A stretch of 64,000 nt of DNA. Origin: Eledone cirrhosa. Its lineage: Eukaryota. Position 1 is the first letter of the stretch, and every line of letters begins with the position of its first letter. This document shows positions 24,661 through 38,384 of this stretch, piece by piece. Below the pieces are notes generated by a model. It made no database searches, was not told the origin of the DNA, and worked only from the letters and a program-made list of their open reading frames with translations. Location of the stretch: positions 282,472,001 to 282,536,000 of the forward strand of contig OZ024743.1 in the NCBI GenBank assembly GCA_964016885.1. The letters are read 5' to 3'. A program made the translations under genes and the position numbers.

Positions 24661-27460
24661 AGTTAGGGTAAATGCAAGAATCATTAAACTCAGACTAGTC
24701 CTGAATAAGACAATTACCACAATAATATCAGCTTACGCACCCCAATCGGGGCTGCCAGACGAACTTAAGGATAGGTTTTACGAGTCCCTAATACACACTA
24801 CTGCTCTAACAGACGACAAGGACTTCCTAATCATCGCAGGAGATTTTAACGGACACGTAGGTAAACACTGCGACGGCTTCAATAGAGTACATGGAGGCCA
24901 TGGAGTTGGCACAAGGAATGAGGAAGGATTCAGACTTCTAGAATTCTGCGACGCCAATGACATGTCGATATGTAACACAAACTTTAAAAAACCCGACAAC
25001 CACCTGATCACCTATAGATCAGGGGAGCACTCTAGTCAGTTAGATTTTATCCTCATCAGAGGACGTGACAGATGGACGGTCGTAAACACAAAAGCCTTCC
25101 CTAGTGAGGAATGTACATCCCAACATAGCTTAGTTGTCAGCGACCTCACGGTCAGAACTAGACGAGCCCTGAAACAGAGGCCAACCTGGAGAAGAAAGAT
25201 CTGGAAACTGAAAGTCCCCTCAACCAGTAACAGATTTAAAGATATTTTACTCAACGCCTACGACAGTAAAGAAGAACAGATAGAGACATTTAATGTAGAA
25301 GAGAACTGGGAGTTCCTAAAAAATAATTTACTAGAGGCGACGGACGAAGTCTGTGGCTGGAGTAAGACCTCAAGCAGGAGGAGAGTGACTTGGTGGTGGA
25401 ACAATAAGGTAAATGAAGCAGTCAAGGCCAAGAGACAGGCATGGAAAGAATGGAAGAACGGGGGGAGCAGGGTACATTACATACAGACCAAGAGGGAAGC
25501 TAGGCGACAAGTATACTTAGCTAGGAGGGAAGCAGAGGATAGAAAATTCAAGCATGTTTTACAACGTGAGGACCAGAAGCAGGAGGTATTCAAGATTGCG
25601 AGGCAGTGTGTCAGAGATAGTTGTGATGTCATTGGAGAGAAGTGTATCCGGAATGATAAAGGTGAGCTTGCCCTCACAAGTGCTGAGAAGAAAGATGCAT
25701 GGAAGAGTCATTATGATAGATTACTAAATGAGGAGAATGCATGGGAAGAAAAGAGCCTACCCCAAGTAGACCCTATAGAGGGACCAGCAGTACAAGTCAG
25801 TGGCAGCGTAGTAAGTAAGGCAATCAGAGATATGAAGATGGGGAAGGCAACCGGTCCATCGGGTATAGCTGCCGAGATGCTGAAGGCATCTGGGTCTGTA
25901 GGTCACACTATAACCACACGTATCGTTAACCAGGTAATACTAGAAGTGGCCATACCAAAAGATTGGTGCAGTAGCATCATTGTCAACTGCTACAAAGGCA
26001 AAGGCGATGCACTAGATAGAGGAAACTATAGAGGTATAAAGTTGATGGACCAGATCATGAAAGTAACAGAAAGAGTTATAGCACAGCTGATTAGGGACCG
26101 GGTGAATATAGACGAGATGCAATTTGGGTTTGTACCAGGAAGAGGCACCACTGATGCCCTCTTCCTTGTGAGGCAATTACAGGAAAAGTACCTAGCTAAA
26201 AGTAAGCCACTCTACTTGGCATTTGTCGACCTTGAGAAAGCCTTTGACAGAGTTCCACGTGCTGTAATCTGGTGGGCTCTTAGAAAACTAGGAGTAGATG
26301 AATGGCTTGGGAAAGCGGTACAAGCCATGTATAGGGGAGCAGTCAGCAAAGTTAGGATTAGCAATGAGTATAGCGAGGAATTTAGCGTACAGGTTGGGGT
26401 CCACCAGGGCTCTGTTCTTAGCCCTCTCCTGTTCATCATAGTCCTGCAGGCAATAACGGAGGAATTTAAGACCGGATGCTCATGGGAACTCCTGTATGCT
26501 GATGACCTCGCACTCATAGCTGAATCTATGATAGAACTAGAGAATAAATTCCAAACCTGGAAGCAGGGACTAGAGAGAAAGGGTCTCAAAGTCAACATGA
26601 CAAAGACTAAGGTCCTTGTAAGTAGACGAGAAAACAGAACCCAGATCCCCTCAGGGAAATGGCCTTGCTCAGTATGTAGGAAAGGTGTAGGTAGGAACTC
26701 CATTCTCTGCCCCAAATGCAAACAATGGGTACACAAGAGATGTAGCGGGATCTCAGGAAGCTTAATTAAGAATGTAGGATTCACATGCAGCAGCTGTGCT
26801 GAAACAGCAAGCAGCAAACAGCCACAGGAAACAAGTACCACCAATCTCTGGGAGGGCCCTGTAGAAACAGTAGACAGCTTCTGCTACCTAGGTGACCGAA
26901 TTAGCAACGAAGGTGGGTGTTCAGAAAGTACAATAACTAGGGTAAGAACGGGATGGAAGAAGTTTAGGGAACTACTACCACTGCTAGCTGCAAAAGGCTT
27001 CTCCCTCAGAATGAAAGGCAGACTGTATGATGCGTGTATCCGAACAGCGATGTTGCATGGTAGTGAGACCTGGGCGCTGAAGGTGGAAGACTTACGTAGA
27101 TTAGAGAGAAACAAAGCCTGCATGCTCCGATGGATGTGTAACAGTAATATACGTGAACGACAAAGCATAAATGAATTGAGAGAGAGACTGAGCATAAGAG
27201 GAATCAAATGATGTGTGCAGGAGAGGCGGTTGCGCTAGTATGGACATGTGATGCGTATGAAGGATGACAGCTGCATAAAAAGGTGCAGAGCACTAGAAGT
27301 TGATGGAAACCGCGGAGTGGGGAGACCCAAGAATACCTGGGATGAGGTGATAAAAGCCGACCTTACCCAATTACACCTCTCAAAGACAATGACACACGAC
27401 CGTGACTTCTGGCGTCACGCAGTAATACAGAGTACCCGACCTCCCATGGGTACATGCTGA
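24661..27460 (+). pseudogene. APE-RT polyprotein remnant with PHD-like finger; two premature stops near the C-terminus
   Basis: Open to TGA at 27209-27211 (Cys in copy 2) and TAG at ~27236-27238 (Trp in copy 2); native stop at 27458-27460. The first ~20 aa of the tracked ORF are flanking DNA. Confidence 0.9.
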
Positions 27461-27759
27461 AGCATATAAACAATATGCCCCTACACCCCCACCACAAGGT
27501 GGTCGTGGAGGTGCCACGGCAAAAAAGCACCCAGCCCACACTGTAAAGTGGACGTGAAGGTGCCACGAAAAAGCACCCAGCACTCACTGTAAATGAGGTT
27601 GGTGTTAGGAAGGGCATCCAACTGTAGAAATCAAGCCAGATCAGTTCCTGTATGAGCAAGGCATGGTCAGCCGACCAGACACTGCACACAACAGGACAAC
27701 CCGTCTAACCCATGGTAGCGTGGAAGAACGGACGTAAAACGGTGATGATGATGATGATG
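24661..27759 (+). mobile_element. RTE-clade LINE, 5'-truncated in the APE endonuclease, young but inactivated
   Basis: ORF with APE motifs (SAYAPQ, GDFNGHVG, SQLDFIL, SQHSLVVSD) and RT motifs (QFGFVPGRGTTDA, FVDLEKAFDRVPR, HQGSVLSP, YADD, FCYLGD); 3' UTR ending (gat)n; possible 5-bp TSD agtta. Confidence 0.97.
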
Positions 27760-28987
27760 AGTTAAAGCACTACAATCATAGACCATATTAGAATGATATT
27801 ATAGAATATTTTTATTAAGCCAATGAATTAGCAGAATTGTTAGGGAGTCAAACAAAATGCCTTGCAGTATTTAGCTATGACCTTTTATTATCTATGTTTA
27901 AATCCTAGTGATGTCAACTTTGCCTTTCATTCTTCAGGGATTGATAAAATACAGTACAAGTCAAGTGCTAGGTCAATATAATCTTCATATTCTGACTTAA
28001 AATAAAAGTAACTTTGAAAATAAAAGCCCATAACATTATATACTCATTTATTGGTTCCATTAAATATAACCATAGCATAAGGATACCACAGTATTTGTAC
28101 TCCTAAGTGAAGACACCTTGTTAAAATGAGAATAGTGTTTTCAAAGTAAACCCAAACCCATTTCACAAAATTTAAACTCCCTTCATTTAATGAGCCAAGA
28201 ATGATGTATCTTTACTGAGATGTAGCAGGGAAAAAGTTTACTAGCTGTAATATGAACAAAACAAAATGAAAAACCCATTCATTTACAATCTCAGGAAGCC
28301 AAGTAGCACACATTATTTACAGCTTGTTCTCTATCGAATTATGTATTAATAAAATCTGATGGAATGTACTACCTTGAAAATCCTTGCTCAAAAGTTTTTT
28401 TTTTAGGCCCAATATGTCACCGGCTTATTTTCTGGACTTTTTTCTTTCTTTTTTGTAATGCCTAAACAAATAGTTTCAAGTGAATGTGGAACAAAGAAGT
28501 CACCAGTATCCAATGTCATTTACAGCCAGCTTAAAGATTGTTATGATCATGGATTAGACTAGAAGGGCCTTATTCAATCTATATGCATTAATTTGAAGAT
28601 TACAAACAATAATATTAGACTATATATAGACAGGAAAACACGAAGCGTTACCCAAAAGCAGTAGGTGCAATGTGAATGTTGATGTATAACTATGTATTAG
28701 ACAATAAATAACAATAAATCAATCACTTTTCAGAAGATAAATGAGTATTTTGCTTCACTGCATAGCTAATGAAAACTAATTAACTAAGCAAGTTCCCAAT
28801 GCTGACATTACAAATGGTGTTTTGATGTTAAATTTCCTATTAAGTAAATCTTTTAGCGCTAACCACACTTTGAAATCGTTATTCTCACTTTTGAGGTGGT
28901 AAAGTATTATTTTGAAGTCATTAATCTCACTTTGAATGGATCTGTGCTTAGAATTACAAAACCTACTGTATTTACTTGTGCATTATG

Positions 28988-29323
28988 GAGGCACATGGCT
29001 TAGTGGTTAGAGCATTGGCTTTGCAATCGAAAGGTTGTGAATTCAATTCTCAGACCGGGTGATGTGTTGTTTCCTTGAGCAAGACACGTTATTTCACACT
29101 GCTCCAATTTACTCAACTGTAGAAATGAGATGATAGGGACTGGGGTCCATATCATTCCACTGCAAAGTGGTCGTGGAGGTGCCACGGCAAAAAAGCACCC
29201 AGCACTCACTGTAAATGAGGTTGGTGTTAGGAAGGGCATCCGGCTGTAGAAATCAAGCCAGAATCAGTTCCCGTCCCACCCTTGCAAGCAGGGAAAAAGT
29301 GGACATAAAATGAAATGATGATG
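28988..29323 (+). mobile_element. Full-length tRNA-derived SINE sharing 3' sequence with the RTE LINE
   Basis: A/B boxes; central ccttgagcaagacac...ttcacactgctccaatttactcaactgtagaaatgag; 29160-29272 matches the LINE 3' UTR; (gat)n tail; TSD attatg at 28982-28987 and 29324-29329. Confidence 0.92.
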
Positions 29324-29667
29324 ATTATGTGAGAAATGGGAGGTGGAGGGTGGGGGCACAAGGGTCAAAATTGGGTGGCAACATTATTCTCAAGTGTAAA
29401 AAAAAATAAACACAACAAACCCTTGAAAAGGATGATACTGAAGACAGTAACTTTGATAGATCCAAGGACTAATAAAATACTTGCATTGCATTGTGAATGG
29501 CTCTGAAACATAACATGCATAGTGAATATAACTAATTGCATTTGTTAATTCTGTTAACATGTTCTATTGGTGTGTGGTTATATTACTTCAAAGTGAGCTA
29601 GTAATGAAAACAATGTTAAGTATACACTCCCTGTAATAAAAGTATGAATTTGAAAAAGAAACAAATC

Positions 29668-29881
29668 TTAAACTGGTCGTATCCAGCCAGAATTCTCTCA
29701 CCTCTTCTTATTCAAACCAGCTGTAACCAGCCACTCATATTTATGTTAAGGTATTGTTCTCAAAATAAATAATATCAAAATCTCGTAAATTCGATATTAT
29801 GTAAGATAGTTATGTGAAATAAAGTGTTTACCATGAAAATATAATAGTAAATATAGAGTAATTTAAATGCTAAAGGGTTAA
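29668..29881 (+). mobile_element. piggyBac-type MITE family B, left end damaged
   Basis: Homologous to 62872-63079; right end aatgctaaaggg-TTAA. Confidence 0.8.
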
Positions 29882-30065
29882 GCTACAAATTAGTGGGGCT
29901 TGGATTATATGCTAGAACGCATTGTACTCAAGTAAATACGCGTGTGTGTGTTTACCTCCATATATATATCTATAGTGTAAGGATGACAACAATCAAAATT
30001 ATTAGAAACGGACACAAAGAATAGATTATGATGAATGCTGTTAGTTGAACATGTCGAAGAGTGTC

Positions 30066-30101
<36 letters not shown>

Positions 30102-30459
30102 GATCGTCGTTGCCACCATCACCATCATCGTTGTTTTTATGCCCGGGTGTCACATTATGAGACAAGTTAGGTTCGGAGGCTACGTCATGCTCATACAGAT
30201 CTGTATTTTGGCTTGGTTTCTACAGCTGAATACCTTTCCTAACTCCAACCGCATAAAATGTTATAAGTAAAGCAGTGTTAAGCTTTTGAATATTTGGTTA
30301 AACTGAAAAAGACTTAGTTAGATGAAAGAAAAATATTAAACTAAGAATGTAAAATGCTCCAAAAGCAACAATGAAGATTCTGTTTGACTAATTAATGCAA
30401 TGATCTTAATGTTTTTATACACAAGAAGCACATATTTCATTAACAAGATTGTGGCGAGA

Positions 30460-30830
30460 GAATCTCCTCATACTAACTTAATTTGTTAGAAACAACAGTC
30501 AAATTTCCATAAAATCACACCTCACTATCTTAAATAAGGAAGGACACATTAGAAGAGAATGCAATGGAAATTCTACATAACTTGTCTGCCTAGCACTAGA
30601 GTCACATACTTCACTGACAAGATATTCACAAGCTTATGAAGGAAGCCTCCTCATAGTAGCTCAAACTGCTTTAAAATAGCAGCCATATTTCCATTAAACT
30701 ACATCCCATCATCTTAAATAAAGAAAGACACATTAGATAATGTATTCCTATGTATCTCTAAAAGGATGGGATGTTTAAAAAATGGAATACCTTTGATTAT
30801 AGATTTGCTTGATTAACCCAAACAACAATA
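30460..30830 (-). repeat. Unclassified interspersed repeat (other copies ~13680-13800, 18385-18570, 58950-59150, 59160-59370, 61070-61200)
   Basis: Shared motifs ...ccagccatgaccatc...cattatctaatgtgtcc...gtgtgatttga...gctatttctagcaggttgag; two overlapping partial copies here. Confidence 0.6.
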
Positions 30831-31136
30831 ACAAGATAAGTCAGTTTAAAGATAGATTATTCCAAACTAAAAATCTGACTGTATGAGAAGGTTAAATCTA
30901 CCAAACATTGTAGGTTAACAATTCAGATGTTGTTGCTGGTTTATTAATCTGGATTCAGATCTTTGCAGTAGTTGACTTGGACTTTTCAACTGTATAGGTT
31001 CGAAGAATTAAATACCAGTGTTAACCCTCTTTGATAACAAACCTCCTGGTTCTATATGGTAGAGCTGATTATTTTATAGTGCTTATATTTTATCTTAAAA
31101 CTTCCCATCATAAGTTTATCTTAGAAACTTTATTAA

Positions 31137-31377
31137 CCCTTCATTACTATATGTTTAACGAAAGACACTAAATTATGATTTTCAAATCATTTTGAAAATA
31201 ATGAAGAATTTGGAGGCTGTTAGTAATATAACTAACATCTCTTGTATTCATGTGAAAATTGGAATAAAGATTTTTACTTAAAGTTATGATGGAAGGTTTT
31301 GGAGTAAATATAAACATTTTGATCAGTTTTGTATCATAGAACGAGGCGCAGTTTTAGGCAGCTCAGTGCCAAAAGGG
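31137..31377 (+). mobile_element. MITE A copy inserted into an oppositely oriented MITE A copy (31021-31508)
   Basis: TTAA duplicated at 31133-31136 and 31378-31381; removing the insert restores the internal ...ctttrttaagttatg of the host copy. Confidence 0.88.
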
Positions 31378-34300
31378 TTAAGTTATGATACAAACACTGC
31401 CTAATAATGTAAAAATTAGTTATATCACTAAATCTTTCCAAATTCTTGAATATTTCCCAAATATGAAAATTATTGTCATATTAGAAATATGATAACAAAC
31501 GTATTAAACTAGATGAGAGAGAGTTAACATTATATGATAAAGTTGAACACAGTGTAAAATCATCCAATATTTAGTTGTAGGTTTGGTTCAACAATCAGAG
31601 ATGAGCTGTTAGTCAACAAGAATACAAACAAATCAAGTCATCTTTTTTTTTTTACTTCTACATTGGAAGTATTCACTTAGCTAATTGAATATATGTCTAT
31701 TTTGTTTCTGTATTTTTCTATGTAGTAGTAAATGTTGTTGTTTTTTTTTTATTTAAAAAAATTTTTTTTTTTTAATATTAATATGTCAAAATAGTTAATT
31801 TCATGCAGCTGCCTTTCAAATGACGTTTAAGAAGTATTGGTTGTTTGGAATTGATATTTAGTGTACGATTTTCCTGTCAAGATACACTTACCTACTTAAT
31901 AATATAACAATGATGTTGATAGTACAACAATGACCATTGCCATCACCAACATGGTTGAACATATTAATGATTTGTAATTGTAAACTGTGTTATCAGCTAA
32001 GAAGTAAAGTGTAGAGAAATTTATTTAATGAAAAATTGGTATGAAATTGCCTTTAAGCATTGATGCAAGATTGATTGACAAAACCGATCATTTGAAGAAA
32101 GCATACTATAATAACTTGTTGCCAAGCCAACAATGGTATTCAAATGAGATCTTGCTTTAACTCTTAATATTCTTGAGGAAGCATGAACTAGTTTTTATTC
32201 CAGAGTAAGAGCAAATACAAGCCTAAAGCTAAAATTAGCATTAGCATTCAATAGGCATTTTGCTCAGAAAATGATTTCACTCACTTGTTATTATGGATGG
32301 ATACAGGCTTCATTCAATATTCACTGGCTGGCAAAGGATAATATTTTAGTTTAGTAGTTTGGTTTAGCTTTCATTATCATGCCACACATACTTCAACAGC
32401 TCTAGGTTTATATAGTGTTTTGCCAGTTTGATCATTACTAAATTTCTATTTGATTGTGCATGTTGAGTTTTCTATGAATGACTGGTATTGGTCGTTGTTG
32501 TAGGTATTGTTTTTTTTTTCTTTCTTCCCTCTCCTCATATTACAGTAATTCATTGGGTTAAGTTTGTTGGATTGAGATGTTGCTTAATAATACAGTGACT
32601 GAAATTGTCTTCTTAAAAACCTGTTGCTCATCTACCTACCTACCTATTATATGTTATTGATAAGTAGATACTGATTAGTTTTTCACTTGCCTGAAGCATG
32701 CTCCAGTATGCTGCACTTTGAAGTGAATTATAGACAATTCTTTTCATACTTAACTGAAGAATCTATAGCTGTTTTTGAATTAATTTTCTGCTGTGTGTCT
32801 TTCTACTTTTGTTCTCAACATTTTTAAGACCATATCTCTGATCAGTATGTAGCTGGCTACTATCATTGACAACCAGCTACATACAACACTAAGGCAGGTG
32901 GTCTCTGATTATTATAAATTGCATATTTGTTCATTAGGCAAGGTGACGTGGCCAGCAGAAAAGGAGATTTGCACCTCATTTAAATCCTCTTAGGTCTTTG
33001 TTATCTTTAAAATTTCAAATACTGTAAGCGACTCTTAATACTTAGAAATGTGTAATTCCTTATTCTTTTCCTACTTTAGAAGATGTTGGTGATGTTTAAA
33101 ATTTGTGTAACATTTGAAACAATGGATGATGTAACACAGCTGTAATATTTCAGTAGCTACTATTTAGTATGTGAAGGTTGTAGCCTTATGGTTAGGATGT
33201 TGGTTCATGAGCATAAGGTCATGGGCTTCATTCCCAGACTGTGGCATGTGTTATTGAACAAGGCACTTCATTTCACTTGCTCCAGTTCACTCAGATGAAA
33301 AGTAGGTACCACCACCAACAATATCCAGTCCAGTCTTGTACTCACAGTTGCTTAATGCCTAATGAAATCAGGATAAACTCTGGCTTGATGGGCCTCTAGG
33401 TTCACAGAACACTTTAGAATATTTGTTCTGCTTTTGTTGTTTTTTCTTTTTCTTTTTTTTCAACATCCTCTTTTATTTTAATTTTAAAACAGGTCATAAT
33501 TTTCATATGGGTCATTCATTGTACCTGCATTGTTAAATCACCTGCATAAGTGTTAATATCAAACCCTATCTAAGGTATTGAATAGTGTCTGTAGTGAAGG
33601 TATAACTACTTGAACTGGTTTACCCGGCTAAACCATAAACCAATCCCACACTGTTGAATAAGCAGCATTAGAAAAAATTATAAGATTTAAAAAGCGTTCC
33701 GCCAACAGTTTATTTGCATATTATAGAACCATTCAACACCTATTCATGTAAATGTAAAACATTTAACTGTTGTTTATTGTGAGTGTATACGTGTGAACAT
33801 ACACACATGTCTAACTGGATACGAGGGAATATAGTAATGATATTTTTTTTAGAAATCATCTAGTCACACAACTTAACCACCAACTTAATAATAGAAAACA
33901 TTGAATGCAATCCAACTGTTTTAGGAAGTGTTTTTATATATCATGTGTATCCTGTTTGTTTGTCTTTTAGACATTGCGTGTACTCTAGTTTTTAGAATAG
34001 GTACACTGTATCATTGTGTATTGTAAGACATGACTGAAAGGGTTAACATCAGGAAATGAATCCAGCAATAAATCACTTCCTCAAAAGATTCCCTTTAACC
34101 CATGCCAGCATGGAAAATTGGACATAAACACAAACTTAATGCCGAGGCACCAAAAGGTCAACTTTGAAAAAAATGGAGTGAAGAAAAAACATAGTTATGG
34201 ACTAATAATATTTTGATTCTTTTGGCAAATAGGAGAGCCAACTCAAGATAGGTTTTGATATTATATGATCTCATCAGCAAAGTGTAGACTTCATTGTATT

Positions 34301-35730
34301 TGCCAAAGTAGTGATGGGAAAACCATGTAGTAAATGTACAAGAATGTACATTTGTTGGCTTCACTGATGAAGTCAAATAAGATCAACATATGTTGATCTT
34401 ATTTGACTTGTTTTCTGTAATAGCTGAAAGAATCAAAACTTTTAGTTAACAAGTAATATAAATTTTTCTTCAAGGCATGCTTTTTTCCTAGTTAACTTTT
34501 TAATACTTCCCGTTAGCAGTAACTTACATAATTATTATTTTAGGAAGCTCTATCCTCTTGTTGGGACATCTTATTTGTCACTATTTTATTGCCACATCCT
34601 TTGTCAACATCACCAAGTATTACAATATTTCTAACTAATAAAGAATTTGAAGGGAATTACAAAATTATGTTGGAAAGTTTTAATTTAAATGCATACATGG
34701 TCCTGTAACTCCAGAGGGAGTTGTATTGATGTGACATTTCTAGGGCATTTTTAAAACCTGACAGGTTTGAGTACAGCAGATTTCTTCCAGAGAAGGATAG
34801 AGAGTGAGGGAATGGAAGTGAGAAACCAACTCCTTTGTTATCGACCTTGAATGGATGAAAGGCAAAGTTAAGTTTAGTGGGATTTGGACTCAGAGAGCAG
34901 AGACGAATACCGCAAAGCATTCTATCTGACTTTCTTACGACTCGGCCTATTGCATAAGAAACCTTTAAAATGAGTGATTTTGTTTTGTAGAACCAATGCT
35001 GGTTAGGAAGAGCACCCAGCTGTAGAAACAATGCCAAAACATGAATGTGTGTAAGCAAGACATACCTCTCCCCACATTAACTACTGACTTGCTCTGTGAC
35101 ATCTTGTTCAACCCATACCAGCATGTAAGAACAGATGATAAATGATAATAGTAACGACTGTGTGTGTTTGGCAAGATGATGGCTCTCTCTCTATCTCTCT
35201 CTCTCCCTCTTCCTCTCTGTGAGAGTAAGGGATGTTATTTGACAAGCCACAGATCAAATTCAGTTTGTTCCTAATCAATATTTTAGTGGCTCTGAAAGAA
35301 TCAAAGGCAAAGGAGGAATTTGAGAACAGAACAATAACATTCTAAATATTAACCATTGCAAAGCATCCATTTTGGATTTTTACTGATTCCACTCTTGCTA
35401 TTGTCATTTATCATCCAGTCTCACTCCTATCATTCATGCATGAAGCTCTCAGTAGTAATCATAGAATGATGCTTCAGGTGATTGAATACATAAAACACTC
35501 CCTTTATATATTCAATACGTCTCTTTGTTTGTATATCAACACACACACACTCAGGTTTATAACATTCATACAGTCTCAATTCAAACAGGACCCCTTTCTT
35601 TTAAGCCCTGACAGCTTGCAAACGAAAAAATTATGGAATGGTGGTTAATGTATGCTTACAGTTTGAAATAAAACAGCCATGATAGACATTTTTCACACTT
35701 GAAATGTTACTGTACACAACAAACACACAG

Positions 35731-35991
<261 letters not shown>

Positions 35992-36383
35992 AAAACATAT
36001 TATACAGGCTGGGGTTTGAAACCATAATTTGTGCATAATGTTTGATTCTATTACCATTGCTTCTGATCATTCAACCTATATTATGTTGGTTCAATTCCTC
36101 ACCTCATCATCATTTTTCTTTATATATGTTTTGAGAAAGTTGAATTATTGTCAAGTTCTCATTATAAAAGCAGATCTACCAGTTCCCAAAACTGAATTTA
36201 AGAATTCATTCAGATTCAATTTAATTTTCAAATAAGTATGTATATATGTATGTATCTGTAGCACTGATGCTACAATAAAATGCTCCCAGCCCATACTGTA
36301 ATTGTGGTAGTGGTGTGTACACATGTGTATAATAGATATACACATGTATGTATTATAATTTTCACATCTAAATAAATAAATAT

Positions 36384-37938
36384 CATCATTATCATCATCA
36401 CCGTTTTACGTCCGTTCTTCCACGCTAGCATGGGTTAGACGGGTTGTCCTGTTGTGGCAGTGTCTGGTCAGCTGACCATGCCTTGCTCATACAGAAACTG
36501 ATTTGGCTTGATTTCTACAGCTGGATGCCCTTCCTAGCACCAACCTCATTTACAGTGAGTGCTGGGTGCTTTTTCGTGGTGCCTACACGACCACTTTACA
36601 GTGTAGGCTGGGTGCTTTTTTGCCGTGGCACCTCCACGACCACTTTGCAGTGGGGGAGGGGGGCATATTGTCTATATGCTTCAGCTTGTACCCATGGGAG
36701 GTCGAGTACTCTGTATTACTGCGTGACGCCAGAGGTCATGGTCGTGTGTCATCGCCTTTGAGAGGTGTAATTGGGTAAGGTCGGCTTTTATCACCTCATC
36801 CCAGGTCATCTTGGGTCTCCCCACTCCGCGGTTTCCATCGACTTCTAGTGCTCTGCACCTTTTTATGCAGCTGTCATCCTTCATACGCACCACATGTCCA
36901 TACCAACGCAACCGCCTCTCCTGCACACAGCATTTGATTCCTCTTATGCTCAGTCTCTCTCTCAATTCATTTATGCTTTGTCGTTCGCGTATATTACTAT
37001 TACACATCCATCGGAGCATGCAGGCTTCGTTTCTCTCTAATCTACGTAAGTCTTCCACCTTCAGCGCCCAGGTCTCACTACCATGCAACATCGCTGTTCG
37101 GATACACGCATCATACAGTCTGCCTTTCATTTTGAGGGAGAAGCCTTTTGCAGCTAGCAGTGGTAGTAGTTCCCTAAACTTCTTCCATCCCGTTCTTACC
37201 CTAGTTATTGTACTTTCTGAACACCCACCTCCGCTGCTAATTCGGTCACCTAGGTAGCAGAAGCTGTCTACTGTTTCTACAGAGCCCTCCCAGAGATTGG
37301 TGGTACTTGTTTCCTGTGGCTGTTTGCTGCTTGCTGTCCCAGCACAGCTGCTGCATGTGAAGCCTACATTCTTAATTAAGCTTCCTGAGATCCCGCTACA
37401 TCTCTTGTGTACCCATTGTTTGCATTTGGGGCATAGAATGGAGTTCCTACCTACACCTTTCCTACATACTGAGCAAGGCCATTTCCCTGAGGGGATCTGG
37501 GTTCTGTTTTCTCGTCTACTTACAAGGACCTTAGTCTTTGTCATGTTGACTTTGAGACCCTTTCTTTCTAGTCCCTGCTTCCAAGTTTGGAATTTATTCT
37601 CTAGTTCTACCATAGATTCAGCTATAAGTGCGAGGTCATCAGCATGCAGGAGTTCCCATGGGCATCCGGTCTTAAACTCCTCCGTTATTGCCTGCAGGAC
37701 TATGATGAACAGGAGCGGGCTAAGAACAGAGCCCTGGTGGACCCCAACCTGTACGCTAAATTCCTCGCTATACTCATTGCTAATCCTAACTTTGCTGACT
37801 GCTCCCCTATACATGGCTTGTACCGCTTTCACAAGCCATTCATCTACTCCTAGTTTTCTAAGAGCCCACCAGATTACAGCACGTGGAACTCTGTCAAAGG
37901 CTTTCTCAAGGTTGACAAATGCCAGGTAGAGTGGCTTA
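36384..37938 (-). mobile_element. Second, more heavily 5'-truncated copy of the same RTE LINE
   Basis: Reverse complement of 26203-27759 with scattered substitutions; YADD changed to HADD; 10-bp TSD aaataaatat at 36374-36383 and 37939-37948; (gat)n tail. Confidence 0.97.
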
Positions 37939-38345
37939 AAATAAATATAATAATTTTTAAATCTAAATGTTTTTTTAAAATTTCTATATTGGCCCTAACC
38001 ACAGGACAGAGGCCATGCTAGTGCACTGCCTTTAAGTTGATCATATCGATGCTGGTACTTATTTTATTGAACCCTATTTCTCAAACCACTAAGTTATGAG
38101 ACATAAGCAGTACTGGTTATTAAGCAATATCAACATAAAAAGAAACATGAAGACTAACACATGCATTTGTGTGCATGTGTAACCATGTGTACCCAGTTTA
38201 GAATAGGTATACTGTATCCATGTGTGTCATAAGAAGTTACTAAAAAAAAGGGTTGGTGTCAGGAAGGGTATCTGTTTGTAAAACATTGCCTCAAAAAGTC
38301 TTATCCATGCCATGTCTGCATGGAGAAGTTGGTGTAAAAACAATG

Positions 38346-38384
<39 letters not shown>

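Noticed and set aside
26212-26844. 210-aa antisense ORF, also present at 37297-37929
   Set aside because: Shadow frame of the LINE RT; conserved only because the copies are recent.
34364-34412. CTGATGA followed by a long stem, resembling a hammerhead (similar starts at ~43201 and ~51826)
   Set aside because: No GAAA after the stem, so the catalytic core is incomplete.
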